Counted from the stretch's first letter, positions 1 through 9,813 are shown. The stretch: DNA of 64,000 nucleotides from Nitrospirota bacterium (GCA_963840455.1 CAWIYV010000010.1:192001-256000), one strand, 5' to 3'. Notes: generated by a model not told the origin, from the letters alone. Translations and numbers: made by a program.

Positions 1-227
1 ACCGTGCGAAGGGCCGGGTCCTCCCGGATCAGGTTGAAGAGCTTTTCGCTCGCCAGACCGGGCAGGACGAGCTTTGTCATGATAAGATCGACCCGCTCCG
101 CGCGGTGGACCTTCAGCATCTCGTCGTTCGTTGCGGCGACGAACACCTGCAGATCGGTCCGGTCCAGAAAGTTTTTGTCCTGTCCCAGCAGCACGTGGAT
201 ATCATGGGCGATCAGCACTTTTTTCAT
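1..227 (-). CDS. Receiver-domain-like protein (partial, runs off the left edge)
   Basis: Own translation from ATG at 227: MKKVLIAHDIHVLLGQDKNFLDRTDLQVFVAATNDEMLKVHRAERVDLIMTKLVLPGL..., a CheY-like beta/alpha pattern with degenerate acidic sites; not in the ORF track. Confidence 0.6.
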   Translation of the reverse strand, partial: MKKVLIAHDIHVLLGQDKNFLDRTDLQVFVAATNDEMLKVHRAERVDLIMTKLVLPGLASEKLFNLIREDPALRT

Positions 228-314
228 AGCGTCTCGGGGGTGCATCCTTGACATCAGCACAGCATACCCATGCGAAGGAGAACAGAGCTGATCTCGCTCG
301 GATGGGCGTTTGAG

Positions 315-1799
315 CTAAGCCTTCGCCACGCGTACGAGGGAGTTATTCTCGTTCAGCCCGTCGATGATGGCGCCGAGGCCCGCCATGTTCTGGAGATAGT
401 TGAGGGCGTCCTGGGAGATCTCTTCTCCCGGGACCAGGAGCGGGATGCCGGGCGGATAGACCGTCACGATCTCGGTCGAGACCCTGCCCACGGATCCGTT
501 CACATCCACCAGCTCGCTGTCGGAATAGAAGGCGTCGCGGGGTGTCATGACAAACTTGTTCGTAAGCGCCGGCGGATGGACCCTGTCGAGCGGCAGGAGC
601 GCGCCCTGGAGCCCGGTCTCCGCCGATATCTGCTGGAGCGCCGCAACGAGGCGGTCCAGGTCATCCTGCCGGTCGCCGATGGAAACGATGACGAGCACGT
701 GAAAGGGGTCGGCCATCTCCACCTGGATCCCGAACCGGATGTTCAGCATCTGGGATACGTGATAGCCCGAGAGGCCCATGTCCGAAACGGTGATGGTCAG
801 CTTGGTCACGTCCATGTCGGCCATGCCCGCCTGCTTTGCCTGGTCCTTGGTGAAACAGGTGATGCCCGGGATCCTGTTGATCTTGGCGCGTGCCTCCTCG
901 GAGAGCTTGATGGTCCGGGTGAGCAGCTTTTTGCCTTCCGTGGCCATCTGCATACGCGCCAGGTCGAGCGACGCCATCAGGATGTACGATGGGCTCGTGG
1001 TCTGGAGGAGCTTCAGGGTGTTCGTCACGTCGTCGATGTTGACCCTGCCGGCGTTGACGTGCAGCATCGACGCCTGGGTCATGCCGCCCACGATCTTGTG
1101 GGTCGACTGGACGCACATGTCCGCTCCGGCCTCGAGGGCGCATTTGGGCAGCTTGGGATTGAACTTGAGGTGCGGGCCGTGAGCCTCGTCCACGAACACC
1201 ATGAGACCCTTTTCGTGGGCGTAGGGGATGATCCTTTCGATGTCCGTACAGAGGCCGTAGTAGTTGGGGCTCGTGATCAGCAAGGCCCGGACGCCGGGAT
1301 TGGCGTCAATGGCGGCCTTGACCGTATCGAACGTGACGTTCAGCGTGAGCTTGAGGTCCCGGTCGAAGGTCGGCTGGAAGAAGATCGGCGTTGCCCCGCT
1401 CATGATCAGGCCGGTCAGCACGGACCGGTGGCAGTTCCGGGCGATCAGGACCTTGTCGCCCGGCCCGGTGGTTGCCGCAACCATAGCATGGTTCCCCACC
1501 GTCGTCCCGTTGACCAGGAAATAGGAGCGGTCGGCCCCTGCCGCCTTGGCAGCCAGCTCCTGGGCCTCTTTGATGACGCCCGTCGGGTTCTGGAGCGAAT
1601 CGACCTCGTCCAACGTGGTGAGGTCGATCGAGAAGACGCGCGGCCCCACGAACTTGCGGAACCGGGTTGCAATGCCTTTGCCGCTCTTATGTCCGGGGGT
1701 ATGAAAGGAGACCTTGCGGCTTTCCGCGAGGTTGACCATGGCGTCGAACAGCGGAGTGCGGAGCTGTTCTTCGTCGAATCGGGGAGGGGGGTGGCTCAT
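315..1799 (-). CDS. speA: Orn/Lys/Arg decarboxylase, fold type I (Bacillus-type arginine decarboxylase)
   Basis: FHTPGHK, NGTT, DEAHG, PLP-lysine QSTHK, TTSPSY, YPPGIP motifs; operon with speD/speE. Confidence 0.85.
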   Translation of the reverse strand: MSHPPPRFDEEQLRTPLFDAMVNLAESRKVSFHTPGHKSGKGIATRFRKFVGPRVFSIDLTTLDEVDSLQNPTGVIKEAQELAAKAAGADRSYFLVNGTTVGNHAMVAATTGPGDKVLIARNCHRSVLTGLIMSGATPIFFQPTFDRDLKLTLNVTFDTVKAAIDANPGVRALLITSPNYYGLCTDIERIIPYAHEKGLMVFVDEAHGPHLKFNPKLPKCALEAGADMCVQSTHKIVGGMTQASMLHVNAGRVNIDDVTNTLKLLQTTSPSYILMASLDLARMQMATEGKKLLTRTIKLSEEARAKINRIPGITCFTKDQAKQAGMADMDVTKLTITVSDMGLSGYHVSQMLNIRFGIQVEMADPFHVLVIVSIGDRQDDLDRLVAALQQISAETGLQGALLPLDRVHPPALTNKFVMTPRDAFYSDSELVDVNGSVGRVSTEIVTVYPPGIPLLVPGEEISQDALNYLQNMAGLGAIIDGLNENNSLVRVAKA

Positions 1800-1805
1800 G
1801 GCCGT

Positions 1806-2726
1806 TTAATGATAGGTGAAGAGCGGAGCATTATCCTCGATGATCTGCGTCTGCTCGGCCAGTGCCTTGCGGATATGCTTGGGAAGGTTGAACTGGCCCA
1901 GGTTCGTGATGCCGTCATAGAACCGGTTCTCGCCCTTGATCCGCTTCTTGATCATGTCGTCCACTTCCTGGGGCGTGAACTTCCGGGGATCGCGGTTCTT
2001 GGACGCCAGGGTGAAGCCCCAGGGGAGGGCAAAGGACGGGATCGGCACGCCGTAGGGCGCCACCACCGGGAAAACAGCTTCCAGCGTCTTATTGACCGCT
2101 GTGAAGTTTAGGAGCTGGTGGAGCGCCGTGGTGCCTGCCTGCAGGGAGATGGTCCCGTCGGGTGAGAGGCGTTCCTTCACGATCTCGTAGAACTCGCGGG
2201 TGAACAGGAGGTAGGCTGGCCCCTCCTCCACGGGCTCGGAGATATCGATGATGATGGCATCGTAGGTGTCGTTGGTCTCTTCGAGGTACTTCCGGGCGTC
2301 CATGAAGCGGAGGTCGGTACGCGGGTCGTCGAAGGCGCCCTGGTGCCACTCGGGCAGCATTTCCTTCGACTTTTCAACAACTTCCTGGTCGATATCGACC
2401 ATCATGCAGTATTCTACACTCTTGTGCCGGAGCACTTCCCGGAGCGTTGCCCCCTCGCCGCCGCCCACGATGAACACCCGCTTGGGGTTGGGGTGGCAGA
2501 GCAGGGCAGGGTGCACCAGCGCCTCGTGGTAGATGAACTCGTCAGTGATGGAGGACTGCATCTTGCCGTCCAGCACGAGGCACCGGCCGTAACTGCCGCT
2601 GTCCATGATCTCCATCCGCTGATACTTGGTCTGGCTGGCATAGTGGATCATGCGGATGCCATGGAGGTGCCCCTCTTCGGGGCTCGTGTACTCAATGAAC
2701 CATTTGTAGCTCTTCGGCTCGATCAT
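1806..2726 (-). CDS. speE: Spermidine synthase (polyamine aminopropyltransferase)
   Basis: LVLDGKMQS, YHEALVHP, VGGGEG, VDID motifs; start MIEPK at 2726 overlaps the speD stop (ATGA). Confidence 0.92.
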   Translation of the reverse strand: MIEPKSYKWFIEYTSPEEGHLHGIRMIHYASQTKYQRMEIMDSGSYGRCLVLDGKMQSSITDEFIYHEALVHPALLCHPNPKRVFIVGGGEGATLREVLRHKSVEYCMMVDIDQEVVEKSKEMLPEWHQGAFDDPRTDLRFMDARKYLEETNDTYDAIIIDISEPVEEGPAYLLFTREFYEIVKERLSPDGTISLQAGTTALHQLLNFTAVNKTLEAVFPVVAPYGVPIPSFALPWGFTLASKNRDPRKFTPQEVDDMIKKRIKGENRFYDGITNLGQFNLPKHIRKALAEQTQIIEDNAPLFTYH

Positions 2727-3121
2727 GCGTACGCGGGCTCCTGAAGCGTTACCTTGTGCGGCAGCTTCGCGTGGCCCAGCACGCCCCGCTTCATCTCGAC
2801 GATGGAGGGGTTCTTGCACTCGAACTTTTCGATGAGAAATTTTGCGGCGACCTTCGGGTCGATCAGGTCCCCGCAGGTGAAGACGTCTACTGCGGCGTAG
2901 CCGTATTCCGGCCAGGTGTGGATGGCAAGGTGAGATTCTGCAATGACAACCATTCCGCTGATGCCAAAGGGGCTGAACTCGTGAAAAGCGACCTCGACAA
3001 TTGTCGCCTTTGCCTCCAATGCGGCACTTTTCATTGCGTCCGTCACAAACTCCAGATTACTCAGGGTCTTGGGGTTGCAGTCCCGCAACTCCAACAGCAG
3101 GTGTGTTCCCAACGCTTGCAA
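2723..3121 (-). CDS. speD: S-adenosylmethionine decarboxylase proenzyme
   Basis: GTHLLLE, AESHLAIHTWPEYGYAAVDVFTCG; TTG start at 3121 preceded by AAGGAGG. Confidence 0.93.
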   Translation of the reverse strand: MQALGTHLLLELRDCNPKTLSNLEFVTDAMKSAALEAKATIVEVAFHEFSPFGISGMVVIAESHLAIHTWPEYGYAAVDVFTCGDLIDPKVAAKFLIEKFECKNPSIVEMKRGVLGHAKLPHKVTLQEPAYA

Positions 3122-3272
3122 CCTGTTTGCCTCCTTCTCCGCCCGCCGGAAGCTCCCGGGCTTGCCTCCCGGATCAGCGAGCACCGCCTCCCGCTCCCGC
3201 AGGAGGGCTGTGTTCGTTAGCACCTGTCCGCCCTGACCTCGGGCGGCGCCTTCACATCGAAAAGTTGATTGT

Positions 3273-3301
3273 TATTTATCAAAATCATCACGGTCTGTCA
3301 A
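3273..3301 (-). promoter_or_regulatory. sigma70-type promoter for the spe operon
   Basis: TTGACA-17 nt-TAAATA on the minus strand. Confidence 0.55.
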
Positions 3302-3722
3302 TAAAAAACATCACGGAGGCTCATTTTTTTTCATGAGCGCCTCTCGTGTCGCCGCGACGGACGATTGAGCGAGTCTCGCGGCGGCATTTTCCCAAGCTAG
3401 CTACCCTCCCCCGGCTCCGAGAGCATCGCGAGAGGTCGTCAGAGAGCGGTGAGAGCGGGAAAGTTCTCATTCACGGACCCGAGCGAACGCTTCGAGGACC
3501 CCGAGAGCGCCGCCGGAGGCCGGGTGGATGCCTCTCGGGAAGAAAATTTCCTTCAGCAGACCTGAACTGCCTCCTCGTGGCCACGGCGGCAGTAAAAAAC
3601 ACTTTACAACCTCCCGCAGGTGCTTTATATTGCGTCTCGCGCCGCCGGAGCCGGCCAAGCTTGCAGGTTCACTCCCTTCTGGCTCCTGGCTCCTCACTAC
3701 TGTCTGCTGGAGGTTTTCTCCC

Positions 3723-4388
3723 ATGTTGAACGAAAAAGGTTTCGTCGAGATCGCGTCGGTGCTCGTGAACCCGGAGATCTTCACCCGTCCCTACTCCTGC
3801 GACGTGGAAAAGTACGGCTGCAAGTCCATGTGCTGCTACCGTTCCTGCATCGTCCCGCCCCATGAGGCGAAAAAGATCGAGGAGCACCGGGACGGGATCC
3901 TGGCCTACCTCTCCCCGGAGAACCGGGAGGCCATCAAGAAGAACGGCGGGATCCTCGCCCTATGCGAGAAGCAGTGCCCCACGGGCTGCGTGATCCACGA
4001 GGACGAGGCCCGGGCCATCCGGAGGAACTTCGGCGGAGCGGACTTTCGCTGTGTCCTGCTGTTCAACAACGACTGTTCTCTCATCTATTCGAACAAGCAG
4101 GGGCTACGGTACTGCGCCGTCCATACCTATGCCATCGAGAAGGGCATGGTCTGGGAGGAGTTCAAGTTCGCCGACTGCGTCCAGTACCCCCTCTCGTTCT
4201 ACACCACCGAGGACGGCAGAAAGGTGATGTCCATCCAGGACACGCCGTACCTGAACCATATCCCCTGCATGAAGGACCCCCAGGGCGAGCCCATGTACAA
4301 GAGCCTCAAGAAGACCATCGAGACGTTCCTGGGCAAGGACTTTTACAAAGAGCTCGCCAGCCACGCCGGGAAACGGCACAATAAGTAA
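3723..4388 (+). CDS. Cys-rich hypothetical protein (DUF3109-like, probable metal/Fe-S binding)
   Basis: GGAGG before ATG 3723; CxxxxxxCxxxCC, CAVH, CxxYP pattern; TTTACA-17-TATATT upstream. Confidence 0.6.
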   Translation: MLNEKGFVEIASVLVNPEIFTRPYSCDVEKYGCKSMCCYRSCIVPPHEAKKIEEHRDGILAYLSPENREAIKKNGGILALCEKQCPTGCVIHEDEARAIRRNFGGADFRCVLLFNNDCSLIYSNKQGLRYCAVHTYAIEKGMVWEEFKFADCVQYPLSFYTTEDGRKVMSIQDTPYLNHIPCMKDPQGEPMYKSLKKTIETFLGKDFYKELASHAGKRHNK

Positions 4389-4441
4389 CATCGTTTCACC
4401 TGTACCGTCCCGGGCGGCAACTGTGGTATAATCCTCATCTA

Positions 4442-5212
4442 ATGGGTACTCTTTTCCTCAGCTTCCTGGTCGCCATCGGCGGCGCCGTGGGTCTCGTGAT
4501 CATGAGCAGGACCTTCGACCTCGAGACCTACACGACCCGGGTCTTCCCCCTCATCCCCATCCTGTACGCCATTGTCTACGAAATGCTCGAGAAACGGAAA
4601 ACCGGCAAAGCCAAGCCGATCCCGCCGTCCCAGGCAAAAGAAGAGATGAAGGCGGCTGCAGCCACCATCTTCCAGAACATCACTGTTGAACGGATCGTCC
4701 TCGACGTCGGCGTAAGCTATATGATAAAGTTTGGCTTGGAGGTCGTACTGACCGCCGTCTACCTCTCGGTCGGCGAGCACTCCTTCGCCGATGCTTACGG
4801 TGCCTTCAATATTGAGACCGTGGGCAGGTTCCTGCGGGGAGACCATCCCTGGCTGGGCGGAAGCGAGGGCGTGCTGATCCTCGCACTCATTGCGCTCATT
4901 ACGGGCCTCGGCACCGGCCTCTGGATCGGCTCCACCACCAGGGCCCTGCCCATCCTCGAAGGCGTCGTCGCCGGCGCGGTCGTCACGGTGATCACCACCA
5001 TGACCAACCTTATCGTCCTGTACCGCCATATCGAGAAGCTCGCGGAGGAGACCGTGCAGACCTTCGGTTATGTCACCCACATCGGGTTCGCCGTCGTCAT
5101 CTCCCTCCAGGTCCTGCTCTACGGCCTCTGGAGCGGCATGGCCTACCGCGCGAAGTGCAAGCGCGAGGCCCGCGCAGCCGCAAAAAAGGCCGCCAAGAAG
5201 TCCCGGAAGTAG
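4442..5212 (+). CDS. Hypothetical multi-pass membrane protein
   Basis: About 6 hydrophobic segments, basic C-terminal tail, host-like codon usage. Confidence 0.7.
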   Translation: MGTLFLSFLVAIGGAVGLVIMSRTFDLETYTTRVFPLIPILYAIVYEMLEKRKTGKAKPIPPSQAKEEMKAAAATIFQNITVERIVLDVGVSYMIKFGLEVVLTAVYLSVGEHSFADAYGAFNIETVGRFLRGDHPWLGGSEGVLILALIALITGLGTGLWIGSTTRALPILEGVVAGAVVTVITTMTNLIVLYRHIEKLAEETVQTFGYVTHIGFAVVISLQVLLYGLWSGMAYRAKCKREARAAAKKAAKKSRK

Positions 5213-5390
5213 CCTCTTTCCTTCCTTCACGCCTATACCCTGTCAATACCATTGAAGGCCAAGGCGCAACCAGAAGCAGACGCTTCTCATCAAGGTTGCG
5301 AGGACGTCTCTGAAGGAACAGGCCGATCTTTTGCCTTTCTTCGCGGCTTCGCGGTGAAATCGGTTTTCCCTTGCTGTTTATGCTTCTGAA

Positions 5391-5852
5391 TTACATGAAT
5401 CTTCGGGTATCGAGGTAGTGCATTTCCCAGAAGGGGTCGGTGATGCTGTCCCGGCGGACGTGGCCGCCGGTGCTGGGGGCGTGAACGAACTGGTCATTGC
5501 CGACATAGATGCCGACGTGGGAGTATTTCTTGCCTTCCTGGATAAAGAACAGCAGGTCGCCCTTGCGGGCGTTCCGGAGCCCCACGGAGCGGGTGCTGTT
5601 CCTGAGCGCCGAGGTCCCGTGGGGCACGTCCATCCCTGCCGTGAGATAGCTGTACCGCACCAGGCCGCTGCAGTCGAACCCTCCGGGCGTTTCGCCCTTG
5701 AACTTGTAGGGCCGGCCGATCATGGCGAGCGCCGTATCCGCGGCCTTGTCGCCCGCCGATGCGGAGTAACCGGTTACCCGCTTTGACGGCGCAGCGGCAC
5801 AACCGGCAGCAAGAAGCCCGGCGATGCCCAGTATGATCAGGGCTTTTCGCAT
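5391..5852 (-). CDS. NlpC/P60 (C40) peptidase lipoprotein
   Basis: Lipobox LAAGC; GRPYKFKG..GFDCSGLV; HVGIY; FVHAPS. Confidence 0.88.
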   Translation of the reverse strand: MRKALIILGIAGLLAAGCAAAPSKRVTGYSASAGDKAADTALAMIGRPYKFKGETPGGFDCSGLVRYSYLTAGMDVPHGTSALRNSTRSVGLRNARKGDLLFFIQEGKKYSHVGIYVGNDQFVHAPSTGGHVRRDSITDPFWEMHYLDTRRFM

Positions 5853-5961
5853 TCTCTCTCCAGGAACCGCCACATAGTAACGGGTGCGGCCGGTGAAGTC
5901 AATGGCCGTCGAAGCCCCCGCGCAAACCCTGTTCCCTTGCTCCCGCCTTCCCAGAAATCCC

Positions 5962-5990
5962 TTGACCCTGCCGAAGCTCCCTGTTATAGT
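5962..5990 (+). promoter_or_regulatory. sigma70 promoter, probable leaderless transcript
   Basis: TTGACC-17-TATAGT with TGn extension, ATG 7 nt downstream, no SD. Confidence 0.65.
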
Positions 5991-5997
5991 TTTGCGC

Positions 5998-7932
5998 ATG
6001 AAGCACAGGATCACCTTCAGCCCCGACAGCGTCACCATCGACATGGAGCACAACGGCAGCCTCTTCAAGGCCGCCAAGGCAGCCGGGGTCTATGTGCTCT
6101 CCTCATGCGGCGGCAAGGGCAACTGCGGGAAGTGCAAGGTCATCGTGAAGCAAGGCACCGTGGAGCCTGGTAAATCCCGTTCGTATCTCAGCACCGAAGA
6201 AGCGGAGCGTGGCTACGTCCTGGCTTGCCACAGCCGCGTCCTGACCGATCTGACCGTGGAGATCCCGCCAGAGTCCCGGATGCAGGCAAAGCACAAGATC
6301 GCGACGGGCGCCAACACCGAAGCACTGTTCAAGCTCCTGAGCGAGGCAGGCGGCTGCCTCGACTCCCGCATCATCCGCGTCTATATGGAGCTTTCCCCTC
6401 CCACCCTGGACGATAACATCGCTGACGTTGAACGCATTCGCCGCGGCCTCGACGAACGGGGCTTCGAGGCTGACAACCTGCACATGAACTTCATGGTCCT
6501 CCGGAAGCTGTCCAGCGTCCTGCGCGAAGCGGAATGGAAGATCACGATCTCGATCTTCAACGTGGGGGATGTCACCGAGGTGCTGGACATCTTCCCGGGC
6601 AACGTGACCAAGTCGCGCTTCGGTGCTGCCGTGGACATCGGCACCACCACGCTCGTCGTGTACCTTGTGAACATGACAACCGGCCAGATCGTCGACACCG
6701 CGTCATTGTACAACCCCCAGGTGAAGTGCGGCGACGACGTGATCTCCCGCATCGTCTACGCCACCGAGAAGAACGGCCTCCAGGAGCTCCAGGACCTGGC
6801 CGTGGGCAGCGTCAGCACGATGCTCACGGAGCTGGCGCACAAGCACGGCATCGACCCGGCCATGATCGACTACCTCGTGGTTGCCGGGAACACCACCATG
6901 AACCACCTGTTCTACGGCATCAACCCGCAGTACATCCGCGAAGAACCGTACATCCCCACGGCCACCTTCTTCCCGCTCATCCGCGGAAAGAGTGTGGGCC
7001 TCTCGATCGACCCCCAGGCCGTCGTCTACGCCCTGCCGAACGTGGCCAGCTACGTTGGCGGCGACATTACGGCCGGCGTACTCGTCTCGCAGATGCACAA
7101 GCAGGAGAAGGTCTCGCTCTTCATCGATGTGGGCACCAACGGCGAGATCGTGCTTGGGAACAAGGAGTGGCTTGTGACCGCGGCCTGCTCCGCGGGGCCC
7201 GCCTTCGAGGGGAGCGGCATCAAGTTCGGCATGCGCGCCATGGAAGGCGCCATTGAGGAGGTGGAGATCGACCCGAAGACCTACGAGGTGAACTACCAGG
7301 TCATCGGTGACGCGAAGCCCATCGGCATCTGCGGCTCGGGTATGATCGACGCCCTGGCAGAGATGTACCTGACCGGCGTCATCGACCAGAAGGGCAAGAT
7401 CCGCGAGGAGATCAAGTCCAAGCGTATCCGGCGGGGCGAGAACGGCCTCGAGTTCGTTCTCGCCTGGCGGGTGGAAGGCGCCATCAACAAGGAGATCGTG
7501 CTGACCGAGGTGGACCTGGACAACCTGATCCGCGCCAAGGCAGCCATCTACGCCGGCTTCGGCACCCTGCTTGCGCACATGGAGATGACCTTCGCCGACG
7601 TGGACAAGATCTTCATCGCCGGCGGGTTCGGACGGTATATCGACGTGGAGCGCGCTATCACCATCGGCCTTCTGCCCGACCTCCCCGTGGACCGGTTCCA
7701 GTTCCTCGGCAATACCTCCATCATGGGCGCCTACTACGCGCTCCTGTGCGACCGGCTGCGCCACGAGGCCGAGGCCATCGCGCGCCGGATGACCTACGTG
7801 GAGCTCTCGGTCTCGCGGAGCTTCATGGACGAGTACATGTCCGCCCTCTTCCTGCCCCACACGAACCTCGACGCGTTCCCCACGGTAAAGCACCAGATGA
7901 GGAAGGCGAAGACCTGGTATCCTCCCGAGTAG
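5998..7932 (+). CDS. ASKHA/DUF4445 ATP-dependent reductive activator of corrinoid proteins (RACo/AcsV-like)
   Basis: N-terminal 2Fe-2S motif CGGKGNCGKC...C; DIGTTT, GNTTM, DVGTNGEI, SAGPAFEG, GICGSG, AGGFG. Confidence 0.88.
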   Translation: MKHRITFSPDSVTIDMEHNGSLFKAAKAAGVYVLSSCGGKGNCGKCKVIVKQGTVEPGKSRSYLSTEEAERGYVLACHSRVLTDLTVEIPPESRMQAKHKIATGANTEALFKLLSEAGGCLDSRIIRVYMELSPPTLDDNIADVERIRRGLDERGFEADNLHMNFMVLRKLSSVLREAEWKITISIFNVGDVTEVLDIFPGNVTKSRFGAAVDIGTTTLVVYLVNMTTGQIVDTASLYNPQVKCGDDVISRIVYATEKNGLQELQDLAVGSVSTMLTELAHKHGIDPAMIDYLVVAGNTTMNHLFYGINPQYIREEPYIPTATFFPLIRGKSVGLSIDPQAVVYALPNVASYVGGDITAGVLVSQMHKQEKVSLFIDVGTNGEIVLGNKEWLVTAACSAGPAFEGSGIKFGMRAMEGAIEEVEIDPKTYEVNYQVIGDAKPIGICGSGMIDALAEMYLTGVIDQKGKIREEIKSKRIRRGENGLEFVLAWRVEGAINKEIVLTEVDLDNLIRAKAAIYAGFGTLLAHMEMTFADVDKIFIAGGFGRYIDVERAITIGLLPDLPVDRFQFLGNTSIMGAYYALLCDRLRHEAEAIARRMTYVELSVSRSFMDEYMSALFLPHTNLDAFPTVKHQMRKAKTWYPPE

Positions 7933-7973
7933 AACATCCTCGTACTACCGCCAATCAAAAAGATTGTCCGGTA

Positions 7974-8090
7974 TTGAAGCTCCCTGCAGCAAACTACAGG
8001 GAATTTTCGAGCCTCAGGGTGGTTCTGTTTATTCTAATCACTCACATTCCGCGCAGGAAGCTCAGGGATTTGACCAGCAGCTCTGTTTCA
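7974..8090 (+). mobile_element. ~116 bp two-hairpin repeat element, copy 1 (degenerate)
   Basis: TTGAAGCTCCCTGCAGCAAACTACAGGGAAT... aligns with copies at 20610, 48956, 57799, 59252. Confidence 0.7.
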
Positions 8091-8150
8091 GTATAGGCAT
8101 GATGTTGTTCATGGTCAAGCGGTTCGCGCAATCGCGGTTGTCGTTCCCTG

Positions 8151-8690
8151 TTACAGCAGCTTGCCCATCAGTACCTCGTTGATGAGCTCCCTCCCCACCT
8201 GGATACGGTTCTTCCTGACGCCTTCTTCAGCAAAGCCGGCCTTGGTGAACATGCCAAGGGAATGCTTGTTGGTGGTGAAGATGTTCGCCTCGAGCTTCTT
8301 GAATCCCTTCTCGCGGGCCCAGCTGACGGCGTAGTCGAGCATATGCGACCCGATGCCGAGCCCCCGGAAGGCCTCGCGGAGATGGAGCCCCACGTGCAGG
8401 ATGTGGGTCGTTTCCGGCCTCCTCCCGCCGTCGGCCTGCAAGGCCGCGAGGCAGCCGACCACCTCTTCGCCGGTGGCAGCCACGATCAGGAGGTTCTTCG
8501 CGCTGTCCAGACCGCTGATATACTCCCGCTCCGCTTCAACATCCTTGCCGTAGTGCTCCATCAGGACGTAGCTTCGCTCCATGGCGTTGGACCGCACTGT
8601 ATCGATGATCGCGCAGGAGTCGTCAGCCTGCGCCGGCCGGATGGTCACTTCCAGCCCGCCCTTCGCCGTAAATTTCCTCTGCGTATCCAT
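8151..8690 (-). CDS. GNAT family N-acetyltransferase
   Basis: FRGLGIG acetyl-CoA motif; N..S..MF.KAGF..EG. Confidence 0.88.
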   Translation of the reverse strand: MDTQRKFTAKGGLEVTIRPAQADDSCAIIDTVRSNAMERSYVLMEHYGKDVEAEREYISGLDSAKNLLIVAATGEEVVGCLAALQADGGRRPETTHILHVGLHLREAFRGLGIGSHMLDYAVSWAREKGFKKLEANIFTTNKHSLGMFTKAGFAEEGVRKNRIQVGRELINEVLMGKLL

Positions 8691-8761
8691 TGCCCCCTCC
8701 TCTCGGTTCCCCTTGTCGTATTATATCCCTCGGCCTTGATCAAGCGCAAGGAGCGGTCGGC

Positions 8762-9649
8762 TCATTTCCCGAGGAATCTGCTCAGGCCATCCCGGAACCG
8801 TACCGGCTCGATGCCGAACACTTCCCGGATGTCGCGCATGCTACAGACATTGTCCTCCTGCAGCATGATGAGCTGGTCTGTGGTGACCGGTGGTTTCGAC
8901 AGAACGGTCTCGGCGACCTTGGCCATGGTCCTCATGAAGAACATGGGCATGTGCACCGTGGGCCTCTTGATGCCGAGCGCCGCGGCGATGGCCTTTGTCA
9001 CCTCCTCATAGGTGAGCTGCTCAGGTCCGCCGATCTCGTACATCTCGTTCAAATAGGATTCGCTCGTCGAGATCTTCTGGAGGCACTCATTCACGTCGTC
9101 GATGAAGATGGGCTGGATCTTGGACCTGCCAGAGCCGATGACCGGCAGGACCGGGGAGAGCCTGATCATCTCGGCCAGCCGGATGGTGAAGAGGTCGCCA
9201 GGGCCGTAGATGAGCGAGGGTCTGAGGATGGTAAAAGGAAGTCCGCTCGCCCGTACGAGCTCTTCGGCCTCCCATTTGGTCCGGTGATATTGGCTCTTCG
9301 CGTTCGGCCGGCTGCCGAGGGCGCTCTGGTAGATGAAGTGTCGGACGCCTACTTTCTTCGCCGTTTCAAGAAGGTTCCGCGTGCCGTCGACATGCACGCC
9401 TTTGAATGTGACACCCGGCGCTTCCTGGATAATGCCCACGAGATGGATGACCTTTTCGCATCCCTCCATCGCTGCTTCGAGCGACGACAGGTTGGAGATG
9501 TCTCCGTCAACGAGCTCTGCGCCGAGGTCCCGGAGCCGCGCGGCCTTCGCTGCGTTCCTCACCAGTGCCCGCACTGCGATGCCGTCCTTCTGCAGTCGCC
9601 TGACCAGATTTCTCCCGACGAAGCCGTTTGCACCAGTGACAAGGATCAT
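8762..9649 (-). CDS. NAD-dependent epimerase/SDR (NDUFA9-like)
   Basis: ILVTGANGFVG, SALG, YHRTK, RPSLIYG. Confidence 0.88.
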   Translation of the reverse strand: MILVTGANGFVGRNLVRRLQKDGIAVRALVRNAAKAARLRDLGAELVDGDISNLSSLEAAMEGCEKVIHLVGIIQEAPGVTFKGVHVDGTRNLLETAKKVGVRHFIYQSALGSRPNAKSQYHRTKWEAEELVRASGLPFTILRPSLIYGPGDLFTIRLAEMIRLSPVLPVIGSGRSKIQPIFIDDVNECLQKISTSESYLNEMYEIGGPEQLTYEEVTKAIAAALGIKRPTVHMPMFFMRTMAKVAETVLSKPPVTTDQLIMLQEDNVCSMRDIREVFGIEPVRFRDGLSRFLGK

Positions 9650-9680
9650 GAATGACCTCCCGATGACTTCATTTTACTAC

Positions 9681-9813
9681 GGGGACGCGGTGACACGGAG
9701 AAGCGCAAATACGCAGCCACGGATGAACACCGATGACACCTCAGAGCAGGCTACAGCGCTCGGTGAACGATCAATATGCCTCACTCCCCATGCCGCACTC
9801 CGAATTCCGCATT
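9681..9813. repeat. Stacked short tandem repeats (8-mer GACRCGGN, 9-mer CACGGAT-type, 7-mer AYTCCGM)
   Basis: gacgcggt-gacacgga; gccacggat-gaacaccgat; actcccc-atgccgc-actccga-attccgc. Confidence 0.55.

Noticed and set aside
270-2111. 613-aa ORF opposite speA/speE, and similar long antisense ORFs throughout (e.g. 6703-7893, 24658-25938, 30500-31768, 59506-60687)
   Set aside because: They mirror recognisable genes on the other strand; expected from high GC3 codon bias
3416-3545. Glycine riboswitch or 6S RNA
   Set aside because: Only scattered GAGAG/CTCTC similarity; the conserved cores and expected gene context are missing
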